Shown here: piece by piece, positions 1 to 10,786 of the stretch
Layout of the letters: each line of letters begins with the position of its first letter
Numbering within the stretch: position 1 is the first letter of the stretch
Assembly: GCA_977017575.1 (NCBI GenBank)
Contig: CDRNVI010000030.1
Location: 744,001-808,000, forward strand
From: Paramoeba atlantica
Lineage: Eukaryota > Protista > Discosea
DNA length: 64,000 nt
Direction: 5' to 3'
Program-made: the position numbers and the translations under genes
Notes under the pieces: generated by a model
The model's input: the letters and a program-made list of their open reading frames with translations, nothing else
Databases searched by the model: none
Told to the model about the DNA's origin: nothing

Positions 1-193
1 ACATTGGATAAAAAACGTTTTACATGGAAGTAGGATTGTCGTACAAGACTCTAAAATGTTCCTGCAGTTCATGAAAGAAAAACGGATGAACCACCGAGCA
101 ACGAAACATGCATCTAAGCAAGGCAAGAAGGAATTATTTTTTTGAAACAGAAACGGGGAAAAAGACGTATAAGCAAGAAAAAAAATGACCGAT

Positions 194-1927
194 TTATTTG
201 CATAATATGCTTAAGTCGAAAAATGCTTGCGACGCCAAAAGAATGGCAACGTTAATTTGTGCTTTGAAATCCTCCATCGAAACATTCCGAGATTTGTGTG
301 CGGTCGTGTACCTCCTGTTCAGACGTACTAAATTGGTGGTAGATAAAGGCAATGTAGAACAATCTTCTTTTTCAGAAAGTACCCGTAATCCAGAAAGGGT
401 TCGTGATTGAGCTGCATCAGGAGAATCGCCATCAGTTGCGGGTGAAATTGGTGCGGATAAGAACGAAGAAGTACATACGTTTTTAAAATGTGGTGCATCG
501 AGTTCTTTGTGAATTGAGGTTTCATGATCAACGCTCATGGCTTCAAAGCAAGACAATTGCGACGAAAACAATTCGTGAACGAAAGAATCTATTTCATCAT
601 GTGCGACGCAATAAATTACCGAAGCAAGTGAAATTGCCCCTGCAAAAAATTGGACAAAACCTGTCCCGGTGTACATTAAAAAATCAGTTATCGAACTTTT
701 TGAATTCCTATGTCTGTTTGCCAAAAATAGATGGTTGGATACGGACGCACTTCTCATGTCGCCATCAGAAAAAATATTCATTCTTTGATCACCGACTCCG
801 TGTTTTTGAAAAAGAAAAGACGCGTCTATCAATTCTCCTTGGCAAGCAGAAGCGCATGAGTTCATACTTCCATCACTTCTGTGCGTTAGCATAGTAATAA
901 AGACACGCTCTACAAAACCTGTACCATACGCGAAATTACGCTTCAAAGCCTTTTCATGAAGGTGAGAAATAACTTCATCGTTCGGGGCACGCCTTTCCCC
1001 ATTATGAATCAGAGAATCCGAAACTGAAGGAGGTAAACTTCTGCTAGGTCGAAAAACGTTAAGTAAGTGTCGAAACAAATCCCAAAGAAGAGATCCGCTC
1101 GGCCGCAAAGGCTGAAATAAAAACGTTCGTTGCAGAATTCGAAAGTTGGATTGATGGAGAACGTGTCTTTCCCAAATGCTAATTGCATGTCTCGAAAGTT
1201 TCAGACGTTGTGCTGTGGGAGTAGAGCATACAGTATCCATAGAGGGGATGCGATGGGTAACACGAAAAATAACTAGCATGCACGCAATGCACTGATACAG
1301 AAGTGAACGAAATAAAAAGTCCTTGCCGCGAATTAAACGAGCAAGTGAATAAAACCACCGAACAAAAACAAGACGTTTGTCGGGGTCTTGCACAGCTGTT
1401 CGGCTTTCTTTTTTTGATGCATTGTCCTGCGAAGGTGCTATCTGTGGATCATTGTATACTTTGATCCCACGTATCTCGCTGCTACTGGGCGTGACGAATT
1501 TTTGTTGTTTACAAGAGGGCTCATCTTGTGCGTCATGAACCGGTTGCACAGATCTATTGTAGGTATTTTTGTGGTTTCTACTTTTTTCAGACTGCCATTG
1601 CTCCAATGTGGGACTAAACACTCGGAAAAAAGAATCACACCAAAATTGAAAGCAAAATAGTAAACACCCCGTGTTGGATGGAAGCTTGCACTCCTCAGAT
1701 ATACAGAAGCAAGTGGTGACCATTTCGGGAAAAGATTCACACAGTAGAATCAGTGCCTCATAGGCAGTTATACAATAAATTTCGTGCATATGGGTTTGAA
1801 CAAAATCCCAATCAAAAGCATTCCACTTCAAATTTACTTGCTGTTTTGACTCAAAGCAAATTTCAGAATCCTTAATTCCGTGGAAAAAAAGTTTCGCAAG
1901 AATGGAAAGAGAAGACTCTCCAAGCAT
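194..1927 (-). CDS. Hypothetical protein (~577 aa)
   Basis: Long uninterrupted ORF co-oriented with all neighbouring genes; first ATG at 1927 (track start at 1981 is GTG); no motif recognised. Confidence 0.6.
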   Translation of the reverse strand: MLGESSLSILAKLFFHGIKDSEICFESKQQVNLKWNAFDWDFVQTHMHEIYCITAYEALILLCESFPEMVTTCFCISEECKLPSNTGCLLFCFQFWCDSFFRVFSPTLEQWQSEKSRNHKNTYNRSVQPVHDAQDEPSCKQQKFVTPSSSEIRGIKVYNDPQIAPSQDNASKKESRTAVQDPDKRLVFVRWFYSLARLIRGKDFLFRSLLYQCIACMLVIFRVTHRIPSMDTVCSTPTAQRLKLSRHAISIWERHVLHQSNFRILQRTFLFQPLRPSGSLLWDLFRHLLNVFRPSRSLPPSVSDSLIHNGERRAPNDEVISHLHEKALKRNFAYGTGFVERVFITMLTHRSDGSMNSCASACQGELIDASFLFQKHGVGDQRMNIFSDGDMRSASVSNHLFLANRHRNSKSSITDFLMYTGTGFVQFFAGAISLASVIYCVAHDEIDSFVHELFSSQLSCFEAMSVDHETSIHKELDAPHFKNVCTSSFLSAPISPATDGDSPDAAQSRTLSGLRVLSEKEDCSTLPLSTTNLVRLNRRYTTAHKSRNVSMEDFKAQINVAILLASQAFFDLSILCK

Positions 1928-2825
1928 TAACGTGTAATTGTATAATGTAAAATCTGAGTATGATATCCATGAAAAGAGCACGATACTTTAAAAAGTATGT
2001 AACATGTCTGTATAATTTCATTTACACCCGTGACGATTTGTATTTATCTTTTGATTTACAGAAATTAGATACTTTGCTTACATTCTTAAACCCCAAATTG
2101 CAATGCCACCCACTGTACATTTAATCTAGTAATGTAAATTCAAGTCGTGCAAATACAGTAAACGCACTATTCTCAGAATGCTCAGTTGTACGTTGACACA
2201 AAAAAAAACGGCTTTTTTGTCGTTTTTCGTCACTATTCTCAGAATTGGTCTGTTGAACGTTGACAGGCACTTTTTTATGAGGTCAAATCATAATTCTCAT
2301 TTTTAAAAAAAAGTTTTTTAATGCAATCACTCACCGATGGATTCTTACTCTTGTCTTTGCCAGATCTTACTAAACATCTTTTAAGAATTATCTTTGATGG
2401 GCTTATCGAACGAGGAAAAACTTATCCAACGAGGCTTATCGAACGAGGAAAAAGTCATTGAGCTCGTGAGGCGTAGTCCCGGCGACAGAGGCGTAGCCCC
2501 GGCGAATACAATATTGATATGATGAACAGGATGGTTCTCACGACCATGGGTGTTCAGGAAGAGTAAGCAACGAGTTTAAGCAGTGAGCGAAGAATACGAA
2601 GAGAGTTAAGCAGTGATTAAAAGAAATTTATTTTTTTCTATTCTCGTTTTTGAGTATCGAATTCAATTGAATTCGAAAAACATGTGTGGCCGAAGCCCCA
2701 TTCTCATTTTTCAAAGTGCATTCTCATTTCGTACCCCTGCCGGGTAAATGGGTAATTACCCGGGTCTGCGACCCAGTTACCCGCACCGACCCGCATTGAC
2801 AGGTCGTCTTAGAAAGATACATATA

Positions 2826-3532
2826 CACCCCTGGGCAGCTTCATTTACCCCCCCCCCCTACAGGTCTTGTATTTTGTTTGATTTCGGAAAGATTTGGTAT
2901 GGGACTGTTTCTCGCTCCGATCGTCTCGAATCCGCGGTCGTTTTCACTCGAGCGACCTTGATTTGCTCCGAGACCTTAAAATGTTTGTCCAAGAAGTCAT
3001 TTTTTTTTGCTCACCCTTGAAAAATCTACTTTTTTTCTGTTTTTTCCTCAATGGTCAAACGATATCGGGCTTCTTCCCTCCCGAATCAGCGTATTTCACC
3101 AGAAAGGCAAACTCTCAGCATAGCACGCTACAAGGAACTAAAATCCCTACGTGCTGTAGCTAATGAGCTCAAAATCTCCAGGAATGTTTTTTTTCTCCAG
3201 GAATTCGATGTTTTATCAGGAGTACATTACAAAGAAAGGTTATCACATTGGTTGTTGAATACGTATTCAGCGTCTTTTTTGCGTTCTCTAAGCATGATTT
3301 ACATTTTTGAAAACATAAAAAAATATTTAAAAGCAAGAAAAAAATTCAAAAAAAAAAGTGTACACCCTCAAAAATTGTCCAGTCATTTTAGTAAAAAAAT
3401 ATTATTCTAATCATGAAAAGGACCGCGGATTCGAGACGATCGGAGCGAAAAACAGTCCCATACCAAATATTTCCGAAATCGAACAAAATGCAAGACCTGT
3501 AGGGGGGGGGTAAATGAAGCTGCCCAGGGGTG
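2826..3532 (+). mobile_element. Tc1/mariner-type deletion derivative/MITE with ~125-bp TIRs, innermost element of the nest
   Basis: TA|CACCCCTGGGCAGCTTCATTTAC... at 2824 and ...GTAAATGAAGCTGCCCAGGGGTG|TA at 3532; internal + frame 3051-3410 begins with an HTH-like segment (SIARYKELKSLRAVANELKISRNV). Confidence 0.85.
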
Positions 3533-3701
3533 TACATGTATACATCTGTTTGTTGAATCTTGTCATCGGGAAATAAACGTGCATCTTTGTTTCGGACCTT
3601 ATGGTGAAGTGTTTTATGGCTAAGTAAGAAGTCAATAATCATATTACTCTTGTGTTTGATCGCACTAACTAATCTCTTCTTACCTAAACTTATCTGTACT
3701 C

Positions 3702-4652
3702 ATGGCTCGTCAACGACGATTAGAGCAGACATCTAGCACGCCTGAACTATTTTCGTCATCTGATACTGAAGATGGTAATACCCCTGAGTCAAAAAAAATG
3801 AAGCATCGCGATACTATACGGCACAAAATGACAGTAGAATCCTTATCTGGGCAATTCGTGCTCGTGCGCTGTCCTCCCGGATGCACTCACACACACACAC
3901 ACACAGATATTCTCACCGATCCTTTGGGCCAAAAGCTTCATTTCATATGTACCAAGGAAGGATGCGCATTTGAATCTCACTCTCGTTATAAAAATGTGTA
4001 TCACAAGCATCGCCGCGAGTGCTCAAAATCTCTTGAAAATTCCCGATTGGCACAGGTAGAGAGTGCAAATAATCAGGGAGTAATTGTACAGCGCTTCGTA
4101 GGAAAAGTACTGCCATGCTTACAGACCCTAACGAATCTTTCTTCTAGTCGGTTTGTCTGTCTCGTGCATAAGTACGAGGATTTACGCCATGTACCTGGAA
4201 CAATGATAAAAAGAGCACTTCCGGAATCAAATTTAAAGAAGTGGCACCACTATTGTGAAGTGCTGTCGCATGACATATGGGGAAAACTTTCTGCCGACGT
4301 AGACTCGCGTAAGCTCTATGGAATTGCCGTAGACGCGGACATTGACAAGGTAAAGGCTGAACATATCTTGTTGTCTGTGCTGTACGTTGGGTCAGAAGAG
4401 TATGTCTTACCACCGATATATTCTCCAAGGCATCGTGCCTTTGACGGAAAGACGGCAGCTGAGCAGTTGATTTCTACTCTTCTGGCGAACCTTGGTGAAG
4501 TTCGTTTGCTTAAAATGAGATACATTATTGCGGACGGCAGTGATGTAAATCACGTGGTTATATTCTTCCAGACGAAGGTGTTTCTCAGGATGGTAGCGAT
4601 GTTGAAGTATCTGATGTCGAAGAAGATGAATCTGTTATGCAGTAAAGATTAA
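3702..4652 (+). pseudogene. Truncated hAT-like transposase
   Basis: C2H2/BED-like CTKEGC...HKHRREC, first acidic motif YGIAVDADID, second motif YIIADGSDVN; lacks the following CxxH, third acidic residue and dimerisation domain; an acidic tail (ILPDEGVSQDGSDVEVSDVEEDESVMQ*) lies in another frame, consistent with internal deletion; runs against the minus-strand gene array. Confidence 0.65.
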
Positions 4653-5372
4653 TGCATAGTATTTTATTGTTAATATTAATGCTATGCATAGTATCACAGT
4701 ATCATACACTGCCGTATAAATGTTTTCTATGTGGTGATTCTTTATAGTTTCATCTTAGTTTGCTAGGAATCGAGGGTAAACTCGACTGGCCAAAAAAAAT
4801 AAAAAAAATGATACCATCGCGGTGTTAGGGGGTAGGCTTCCGGTGGGCCTAGGGGGTTCGCACCAAAATAAAAATAAAAAAAATAAAAAAAATAAATGGG
4901 CGACAGAAGCAAATCAGTAAAGGGAATTCTTCTTATGGAAGGAATTCCTCATCGCTAAAGATACCGTTTCTGTACATAGAGCATTCCGTGCCAATCCTAC
5001 GAATCAGCACACTTGAGAGGAAATAATTTTGTATTTAATGGCTAGTGCGCCGATGCGGGTCGGTGTGGGTCGGTGCGGGTAACTGGGTCACAGAACCGGG
5101 TAATTTACCCGCACAGACCCGCTAATGGGTAATTACCCATCGACCCGGCAGGGGTATATCATTTTGGCTAGTTGTATGTTGACAGCCCAATTCTCATTTT
5201 TAGCGACTCTCAGAATAGTGACGTTTACTGTATTAAGAAGTTCGAAAATAAGTGAAACTCCATGAATTTACAAACCATTTGTCCCTTAAATTAATAAAAT
5301 CCTTCAACACAAAATTCGTTAGAAATTGTTATCTGCTACAATGAAAACCATTTCGCCCAAGAGTTAAAAGTT

Positions 5373-6215
5373 TCATTCATGTAAGTTTATATTGGTGCCT
5401 TTATATTCGAAATTTTGGAGAGATCTTGGAAGAGTGGAACGATCGACTACACCATGAAGTTCGGCATTGTCATCTATCCTAAGTGTGTTTAATCGCACGG
5501 GGAGACCCTCAAACAGCACTTCGCCCGAAAAACAATTGTCATACAAGTAGAGTTCAAGAATGGAACAGGGTAAATGCTGTAAGTTGAGGGACCCTGTAAA
5601 TCGATTCTCCGATATATTCAAGTGATTCAGGTGTTCTGACAACCGCGTTAAATCAATGGTTCCAGACAACTTATTCTTCCGAAGAGAAAGGTACACCAAA
5701 TTTCTAGGCAGGCTCGTTAATTCTACGCTACCTTCAAATCTGTTTGATCCTACTGCAAGTTCCTCCAAAGTATGGGGCATGTGCTCCAAATCAAGGTTGC
5801 CAGTAAAGTCATTGTTCCATAAAATCAAAGTTGAAAGTTGCGGCGGTAAGGTATCTAGCTTCACCCCGCCAGTCAGCTGGGTATCCCAAAGCCTGCAAGC
5901 TGTCAGAGTGCGGGGTAACCAATCCCACTGGAGAGTACCGGAGAGTCGTTCAAAAGCAAAAGCACTCCAGTTAATCTCCGTTACGTGAATAGCATCCTCA
6001 CAGGTCACGCATTTCCATTCACACGCAGGTGTTGATGTGTTCCAGGACGGATGTGGTTTCTCGATATCTTGGGTAAATTTTGCAAGTTCATATTCTTGTG
6101 GTAAGTTGGCTCCTCGTACTCTACCGGTATGACTGTGATGCGACTGTGCAATGGGGATGTCAGCTGTGCTGTACAGCATGCAGGAAAAGATAAAAATTGC
6201 TGCCGGAGTGCTCAT
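5373..6215 (-). CDS. LRR family protein 1 (N-cap plus 23-aa LRRs)
   Basis: GRVRGANLPQEY motif, W..ACEWKCVTC cap, repeats LPxxLxxLxLxxNxFxGxLDL. Confidence 0.9.
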   Translation of the reverse strand: MSTPAAIFIFSCMLYSTADIPIAQSHHSHTGRVRGANLPQEYELAKFTQDIEKPHPSWNTSTPACEWKCVTCEDAIHVTEINWSAFAFERLSGTLQWDWLPRTLTACRLWDTQLTGGVKLDTLPPQLSTLILWNNDFTGNLDLEHMPHTLEELAVGSNRFEGSVELTSLPRNLVYLSLRKNKLSGTIDLTRLSEHLNHLNISENRFTGSLNLQHLPCSILELYLYDNCFSGEVLFEGLPVRLNTLRIDDNAELHGVVDRSTLPRSLQNFEYKGTNINLHE

Positions 6216-6494
6216 CACACGTTAGACAACAATAATTAATAAGTTGCTTGGTGAATTAATAAAATTCAGTAGTTCAATGAAATTAACTGCAAGGATATCA
6301 TCGTTATCATTTCACATGTGTATGATACAATAATGCACAAAAGAGATCAACGTTCAAAAAAACTGGGAAGCCACAGAATAAAGTATACCTAGTTTCGTAG
6401 CCAAAACACAGTGACGATAGACAGATAGGAGGTTCGTTCTCCTTCGAATTCTCACGGTGAGAATCCCACTTCTTGCTTTGGTGGTTTTCTGTTT

Positions 6495-7742
6495 TTACTC
6501 GGAAGTCGACTTCTTTAAATCTGCCCACCAAGGAGAAGGCGCTTCTAGTTGTACGCTCCCCGACACAAGTCGTAGACAGTACTTCCATGAGTGAAGGCAA
6601 ATAAAAGAAGTATAATCGTTGTCGACAAGTTGAATATCTTCATCACATCGAGTACAATGTGTGCTTTCCGTGTCCGTAAAAGTTCCGTTCATCAATTGCG
6701 CAGTCGCAGAAGTTTCAACCAATGAGTGACACGAAAGAAATTTCTGTGTAGGATGACCATACAGTCTATCATTTATAATAGGGTAACCCAAAGTAGAGAG
6801 GTGAACACGAATTTGATGAGTTCGGCCTGTATATGGCGTACATGAGAGAAGCGTCGCACATCGATTCGAGTCTCTATGTAGTACAGAAAAGAAGGTTTGT
6901 GAGGGCTTTGCATTTTCTATATCGGAGCGATCACGCGAACCTTGCGTGTATTTTCGCATCCAATCCCGTTTCTCCTGCACAGAGGAAAAAGAAGTTCTGG
7001 TGCGTTTGGCGGGTCCTCGTTGTTCCTCGAACCGTTGAATTTCCTGAATGAGATCCGGATCAGTGACACAACGCATTCGACCTGTTTTGTAATCCTCCAC
7101 ACAAAGCGGGAAATTCACCTCAAAAGAATCCTCCTCTACGATACCATGGACCAGGGCAAGGTACGTTTTCTCAACCTCTGAGGCCAAACGTCTCTCCAAA
7201 ATAGCTGCAATGTTTGACTTGAGCTCTGCATTCGTTGCGAGCAGAAGCAACCCACTGGTGCCACGGTCCAATCGATGACAGGGGTGTAGCTTTCCCCCCG
7301 ATTCTGGTTTTGCCCAATCCTTCGCAAGTTCATGTTGTAAACGATACAACACACTGTTACGATGGTACCTCCCACAGGGATGTACTGGCATACTCGGGGG
7401 TTTGTTCACGACAAGTAATCCCGTGTCGGGGTCGTGATGTAATATCTCTATGTGTAGATCCAGTACTCGGGGCTCATGCCGATGTACAATGTGGATGATG
7501 GTCTCGTTCGGGCGAAGCCGGTGGCTCGCGAGCGCGACAGAAGGCCCATTGTGGGGATGCCGAACATAGAGCCGACCCTGTTCAAGAGCTTTTTGGTAGT
7601 AGTCCGGTGTCCTGTGGCCAAATTCCGCCTTCATAACGTCCAGAAGAGTGCGGCCAACCCAGCGCCCTTTTACGTGAACGGTGAAAGTGTAGTCATAGGG
7701 GTGGATGTAGCGGTACCCGTTTGAGGTGTAAAAGTAACACAT
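6495..7742 (-). CDS. RluA-family pseudouridine synthase (RPUSD2/Pus9-like)
   Basis: VVNKPPSMPVHP, catalytic HRLDRGTSG, KTYLALVHG, GRTHQIRVH motifs; N-terminal PYDYTF..VKGRW. Confidence 0.92.
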   Translation of the reverse strand: MCYFYTSNGYRYIHPYDYTFTVHVKGRWVGRTLLDVMKAEFGHRTPDYYQKALEQGRLYVRHPHNGPSVALASHRLRPNETIIHIVHRHEPRVLDLHIEILHHDPDTGLLVVNKPPSMPVHPCGRYHRNSVLYRLQHELAKDWAKPESGGKLHPCHRLDRGTSGLLLLATNAELKSNIAAILERRLASEVEKTYLALVHGIVEEDSFEVNFPLCVEDYKTGRMRCVTDPDLIQEIQRFEEQRGPAKRTRTSFSSVQEKRDWMRKYTQGSRDRSDIENAKPSQTFFSVLHRDSNRCATLLSCTPYTGRTHQIRVHLSTLGYPIINDRLYGHPTQKFLSCHSLVETSATAQLMNGTFTDTESTHCTRCDEDIQLVDNDYTSFICLHSWKYCLRLVSGSVQLEAPSPWWADLKKSTSE

Positions 7743-8104
7743 GGAAGTAGTGAAAACGGGTAGTTGGAAAGGATTTAACCAAAGAGCTGAGCTATTGTTT
7801 CAGAGATTTCGAAGTAAAGTAGGGCTATTTCGCTTTGCTTTTAAGTGAGCTCAAAGAAATCAAACATCCGTGCACTAGGGAAAGCACACAATGTTCTGCT
7901 CAAAATAGCATTAACTCTCCCTTAACTTATTTAAGTGCGATAGTTAAACTATCACTGAAAACACGTAGACTTCAGCACGCGTTCCTCAACGACTACAAAC
8001 TAACATAAACGCCACATTTCAACCATTCGTTGCAGATCACACCTTCTTACTCGCACATGCACTATTCGCCCCACTGTTTTGCGCGACACTATTGAACCCC
8101 CTTC

Positions 8105-9454
8105 TCACCGTGCTGGCACCACGAACCCATGCCGCTTCACCTCCTCCTCTACCGTATAAATTAAAACCTTATCCTGACTCCCCCCGGCGGTCAGCAAAGT
8201 TGGGTCTTGCGGGTGAAACGCAATCGCAAAAACCTCTCCGACCCCTAACGCATGGGAAGCCACCAACGAGGGCCCACTTTCTCCTCCTCCACCCCCTTCC
8301 CTGAGATCCCACAAACTCACCTTTTTATCCCCCCCACCCGTAGCCAGCAGACCGGGAATTTGCGGAGAGAACGAGAACACTGTCCCTGTGGGATGGGCTT
8401 GTAACGTTAGCAACGCTGGGTCATCTCGCCCCATTTTACGAAGGTCAAACACCTTTAAACTCCCATCTGTGTGGGAGACCGCAAATTCACTAGCGCCATG
8501 CCACGCGATTTGCTCCGGGATCTCATGCAGGGCTCGAGCCATGGAACGGTCCTGGGCCCTGCAGTCATGGAGTACCGCCACAGGGTCGAAACCCGCGGAG
8601 AGGAGCAGACAACTCTCCGTGCGACTCCAGTCCAACGACTGAACTTTGTCTTTATGAGAACCGTCTCGTGTTTGGGTACACGTCCCATGGTCCAGATCCC
8701 ACAACTTAACACTGTGATCTGCCGAGGCAGAGGCCAAATGTTGAGGAGCCTCCCAGTTCCATTTAAGACACAGAACCGCATCGGTATGAGAGGAAGAACA
8801 ACAAGCAGGTGATGACGACGACGACGACGACGAACCCCCCAAACCCTTCCCCCCCCTCCTCCCTCCCCTCTTCCCCTTCCTCTCCCCCCTCCCCCGCACG
8901 CCCCCCCGCGACAGCTCCAGCCTCGGGGCGGTGGCCTCGAAAAGGTCCACGTCCCACGCCGCGACCCCCCCGGCCCGGTCCCCCACAAGAGCCAGGTTCG
9001 CCCTCCCGCTCCCCTGGGCCCGCCCCACCCACTCCACACACAGCGGGAGCTCGGGGAGCGGGAGGTCGTGGTGGGGGAACAGCCCGTCGGTGGAGGGGTC
9101 GTAGAGGTAGAGCTCGAGCGTGTTGCTGCTGCTGTCGTCGTCGCCCCCCCCCGCGTGGGTCACGAGCACGGGACAGTCCGTGGGGTGGATACGGTCGTCG
9201 TCCGCCTCGGAGTCCGAGAGGTCGTCGGAGAGTTCGGAGACCCAGAGGGTGTGGTCGTCGTCGTTGTTGTTGTTGCCGTTGTCATCATGGGAATTCTCGT
9301 GGGGTTGAGAGGGGGAAGAGAGGGAGGCCTCGCTGTCGGGGTTGTCGGGGAGGGTGGGGGGGTGAGGGGGGGTTGGTTTGCGGATTTTTTCGCGGAGGGG
9401 TGTGGGATTGCAGGCGGAGGCAGGGACCCAAGCAATGCCGCTGATGAGGCTCAT
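8105..9454 (-). CDS. PWP1: WD40 protein PWP1 (periodic tryptophan protein 1)
   Basis: N-terminal MSLISGIAWVP, acidic segment, LPLCVEW, HTDAVLCLKWN, LASASADHSVKLWDL, HKDKVQ. Confidence 0.85.
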   Translation of the reverse strand: MSLISGIAWVPASACNPTPLREKIRKPTPPHPPTLPDNPDSEASLSSPSQPHENSHDDNGNNNNDDDHTLWVSELSDDLSDSEADDDRIHPTDCPVLVTHAGGGDDDSSSNTLELYLYDPSTDGLFPHHDLPLPELPLCVEWVGRAQGSGRANLALVGDRAGGVAAWDVDLFEATAPRLELSRGGVRGRGERKGKRGGRRGGKGLGGSSSSSSSSPACCSSSHTDAVLCLKWNWEAPQHLASASADHSVKLWDLDHGTCTQTRDGSHKDKVQSLDWSRTESCLLLSAGFDPVAVLHDCRAQDRSMARALHEIPEQIAWHGASEFAVSHTDGSLKVFDLRKMGRDDPALLTLQAHPTGTVFSFSPQIPGLLATGGGDKKVSLWDLREGGGGGESGPSLVASHALGVGEVFAIAFHPQDPTLLTAGGSQDKVLIYTVEEEVKRHGFVVPAR

Positions 9455-9480
9455 GAGGGAGGAAATAAAGGGAGGAAAAC
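8790..9480. other. GC-rich island with strand-skew inversion, centre ~9045
   Basis: + strand C-runs at 8820-9040 switch to G-runs at 9045-9480 inside PWP1; boundaries approximate. Confidence 0.8.
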
Positions 9481-9687
9481 GATCGTAAAATTTAGATCGG
9501 GTGAAAAAGTGCAGTCCTTTAAGAGTAAACTAAAAATTTGGGACAAGAAGACCAAAATTGCTATAAGAAGACAATGAATGGTCGCGAAATGTCGTCAATG
9601 GAGAGTGTGTAGGCAGTATCTGGACGCCGCTGGTACGTATCCCCCCCTTACTTAGCCCCCATTTTTTTGTCCAAAACCCGTACTTTG

Positions 9688-9755
9688 TGGTGAAGTAAGG
9701 GGGGTGGTGAAGTAAGGGGGGTGGTGAAGTAAGGGGGGTGGTGAAGTAAGGGGGG
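9688..9755 (+). repeat. 4 x 17-bp tandem repeat TGGTGAAGTAAGGGGGG
   Basis: Exact copies at 9688, 9705, 9722 and 9739; a fifth copy at 10582; partial inverted copies near 9641 and 10548. Confidence 0.95.
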
Positions 9756-10119
9756 TGAATAAATGATTCAAAGTTCGATCAATTTATAGTTCTCTCGGAA
9801 ATCCTCAAATTATTGAAGTACACTATGCTATCGACATTGAGCATAATTTCCTTTTCTTGAATGTTGTAATACCTCGTGTTGCACATTCTATATTTTATGT
9901 TTCTTTTAGATTGTCCACGATGTCCCATGCGTTTTTAAGATTCACCCCATGAAAATTTCTGACATCGTAAAATTTAAATGATGTCGCAGAATATAACCTA
10001 TTGAACACCAATTTAAATTTTAGAACTACAAGACGCTGTGGCGCAACTTTCTGACCAAAGCGATGATGAAACTGACATGGAAGAAAACCGTTCTGAATTA
10101 GAAATGGTTCAACGAATCT

Positions 10120-10372
10120 AAGTCATTCCGGATTGCTCCGATTGGTCACTGGCAAGCCAGATGGATTTGGAAGTTTCGAGGCCGAAGTCCTCTACCTGTT
10201 TTCGTTAGTACAAGGCGGCAACAACGTGCTGCTACCAACCCGCTGCGTCGACGAACCCAAGACAATCTTCAAAAGTTATCATTCCTGCAGCTACGTAGCA
10301 TTCCTGTAGCCGTTGACATTCCCCCCCGGAACGTTAAACCGGACTGTGCTTTAAAGCCCCGGTATGACGGCG
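10120..10372 (+). repeat. Dispersed repeat shared with ~18740-18900
   Basis: ATTCC(G/T)GATTGCTCCGA(T/A)TGGTC(A/C)CTGGCAAGCCAGA and GGAA(C/T)GTTAAACCGGACTGTG occur at both loci. Confidence 0.8.
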
Positions 10373-10786
10373 TCGTCTTCACTAAGAAAGTTGCACCAAG
10401 AACCTTTGTGCATCGATCTTTGTGCGCCATCTGTGCCCCCCCCCCCCTTGCAGACCCTCGCCTTACCCCGATGTAACGGTCGGCAGTGCAGTGCACCCCT
10501 CCGGCTGTGTAAAGAGGTGGTAAGTAGTGTGGGGAAAAATCTGACACCCCCTTACTTCCCCACACGTCCAGTGACTAAATGTGGTGAAGTAAGGGGGGAG
10601 GCAAAGCAAGGGGGGGTAACGGTAGTCTTAAGACAGACAGATGAACATTATAAGCGTAATGTAAAAAGACCCATTTCCTAGCAGTGTCTGACAGTCGCTG
10701 GTAGTATCTTTTTACGACGTAATTGGTGAGCTCAAAAAGGTCGTTTACAGACCCTCCAGTTCATCTCTAGCCGAGCAAGTAGTTGA

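Larger units (their letters stand above)
2732..5156 (+). mobile_element. hAT-like DNA transposon deletion derivative nested in the CAGTAAACG element
   Basis: ~30-bp TIR TACCCCTGCCGGGT..ATGGGTAATTACCC at both ends, ACCCG-type subterminal repeats, imperfect 10-bp flanking duplication tctcatttcg/tatcattttg, internal transposase-like ORF. Confidence 0.75.
2156..5230. mobile_element. TA-flanked non-autonomous DNA transposon (Tc1/mariner/pogo-type ends), outer element of a nest
   Basis: TA|CAGTAAACG-CACTATTCT at 2154 and AGAATAGTGACGTTTACTG|TA at 5230; ends and subterminal blocks match the inverted copy at 21580-22623. Confidence 0.85.
9636..10622. mobile_element. TA-flanked non-autonomous element with degenerate CCGT(T)A-C7 TIRs
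   Basis: TA|CGTATCCCCCCCTTACTTAGCCCCC at the left versus GGGGAGGCAAAGCAAGGGGGGGTAACGG|TA at the right; internal 17-bp subterminal repeats. Confidence 0.6.

Noticed and set aside
8388-9577. Many overlapping Pro-, Gly- or Arg-rich ORFs on both strands around PWP1 (likewise at 26846-27749, 39481-40162, 50016-50396 and 56247-57429)
   Set aside because: Shadow frames caused by stop-codon scarcity in the GC islands; each overlaps a gene with clear family motifs
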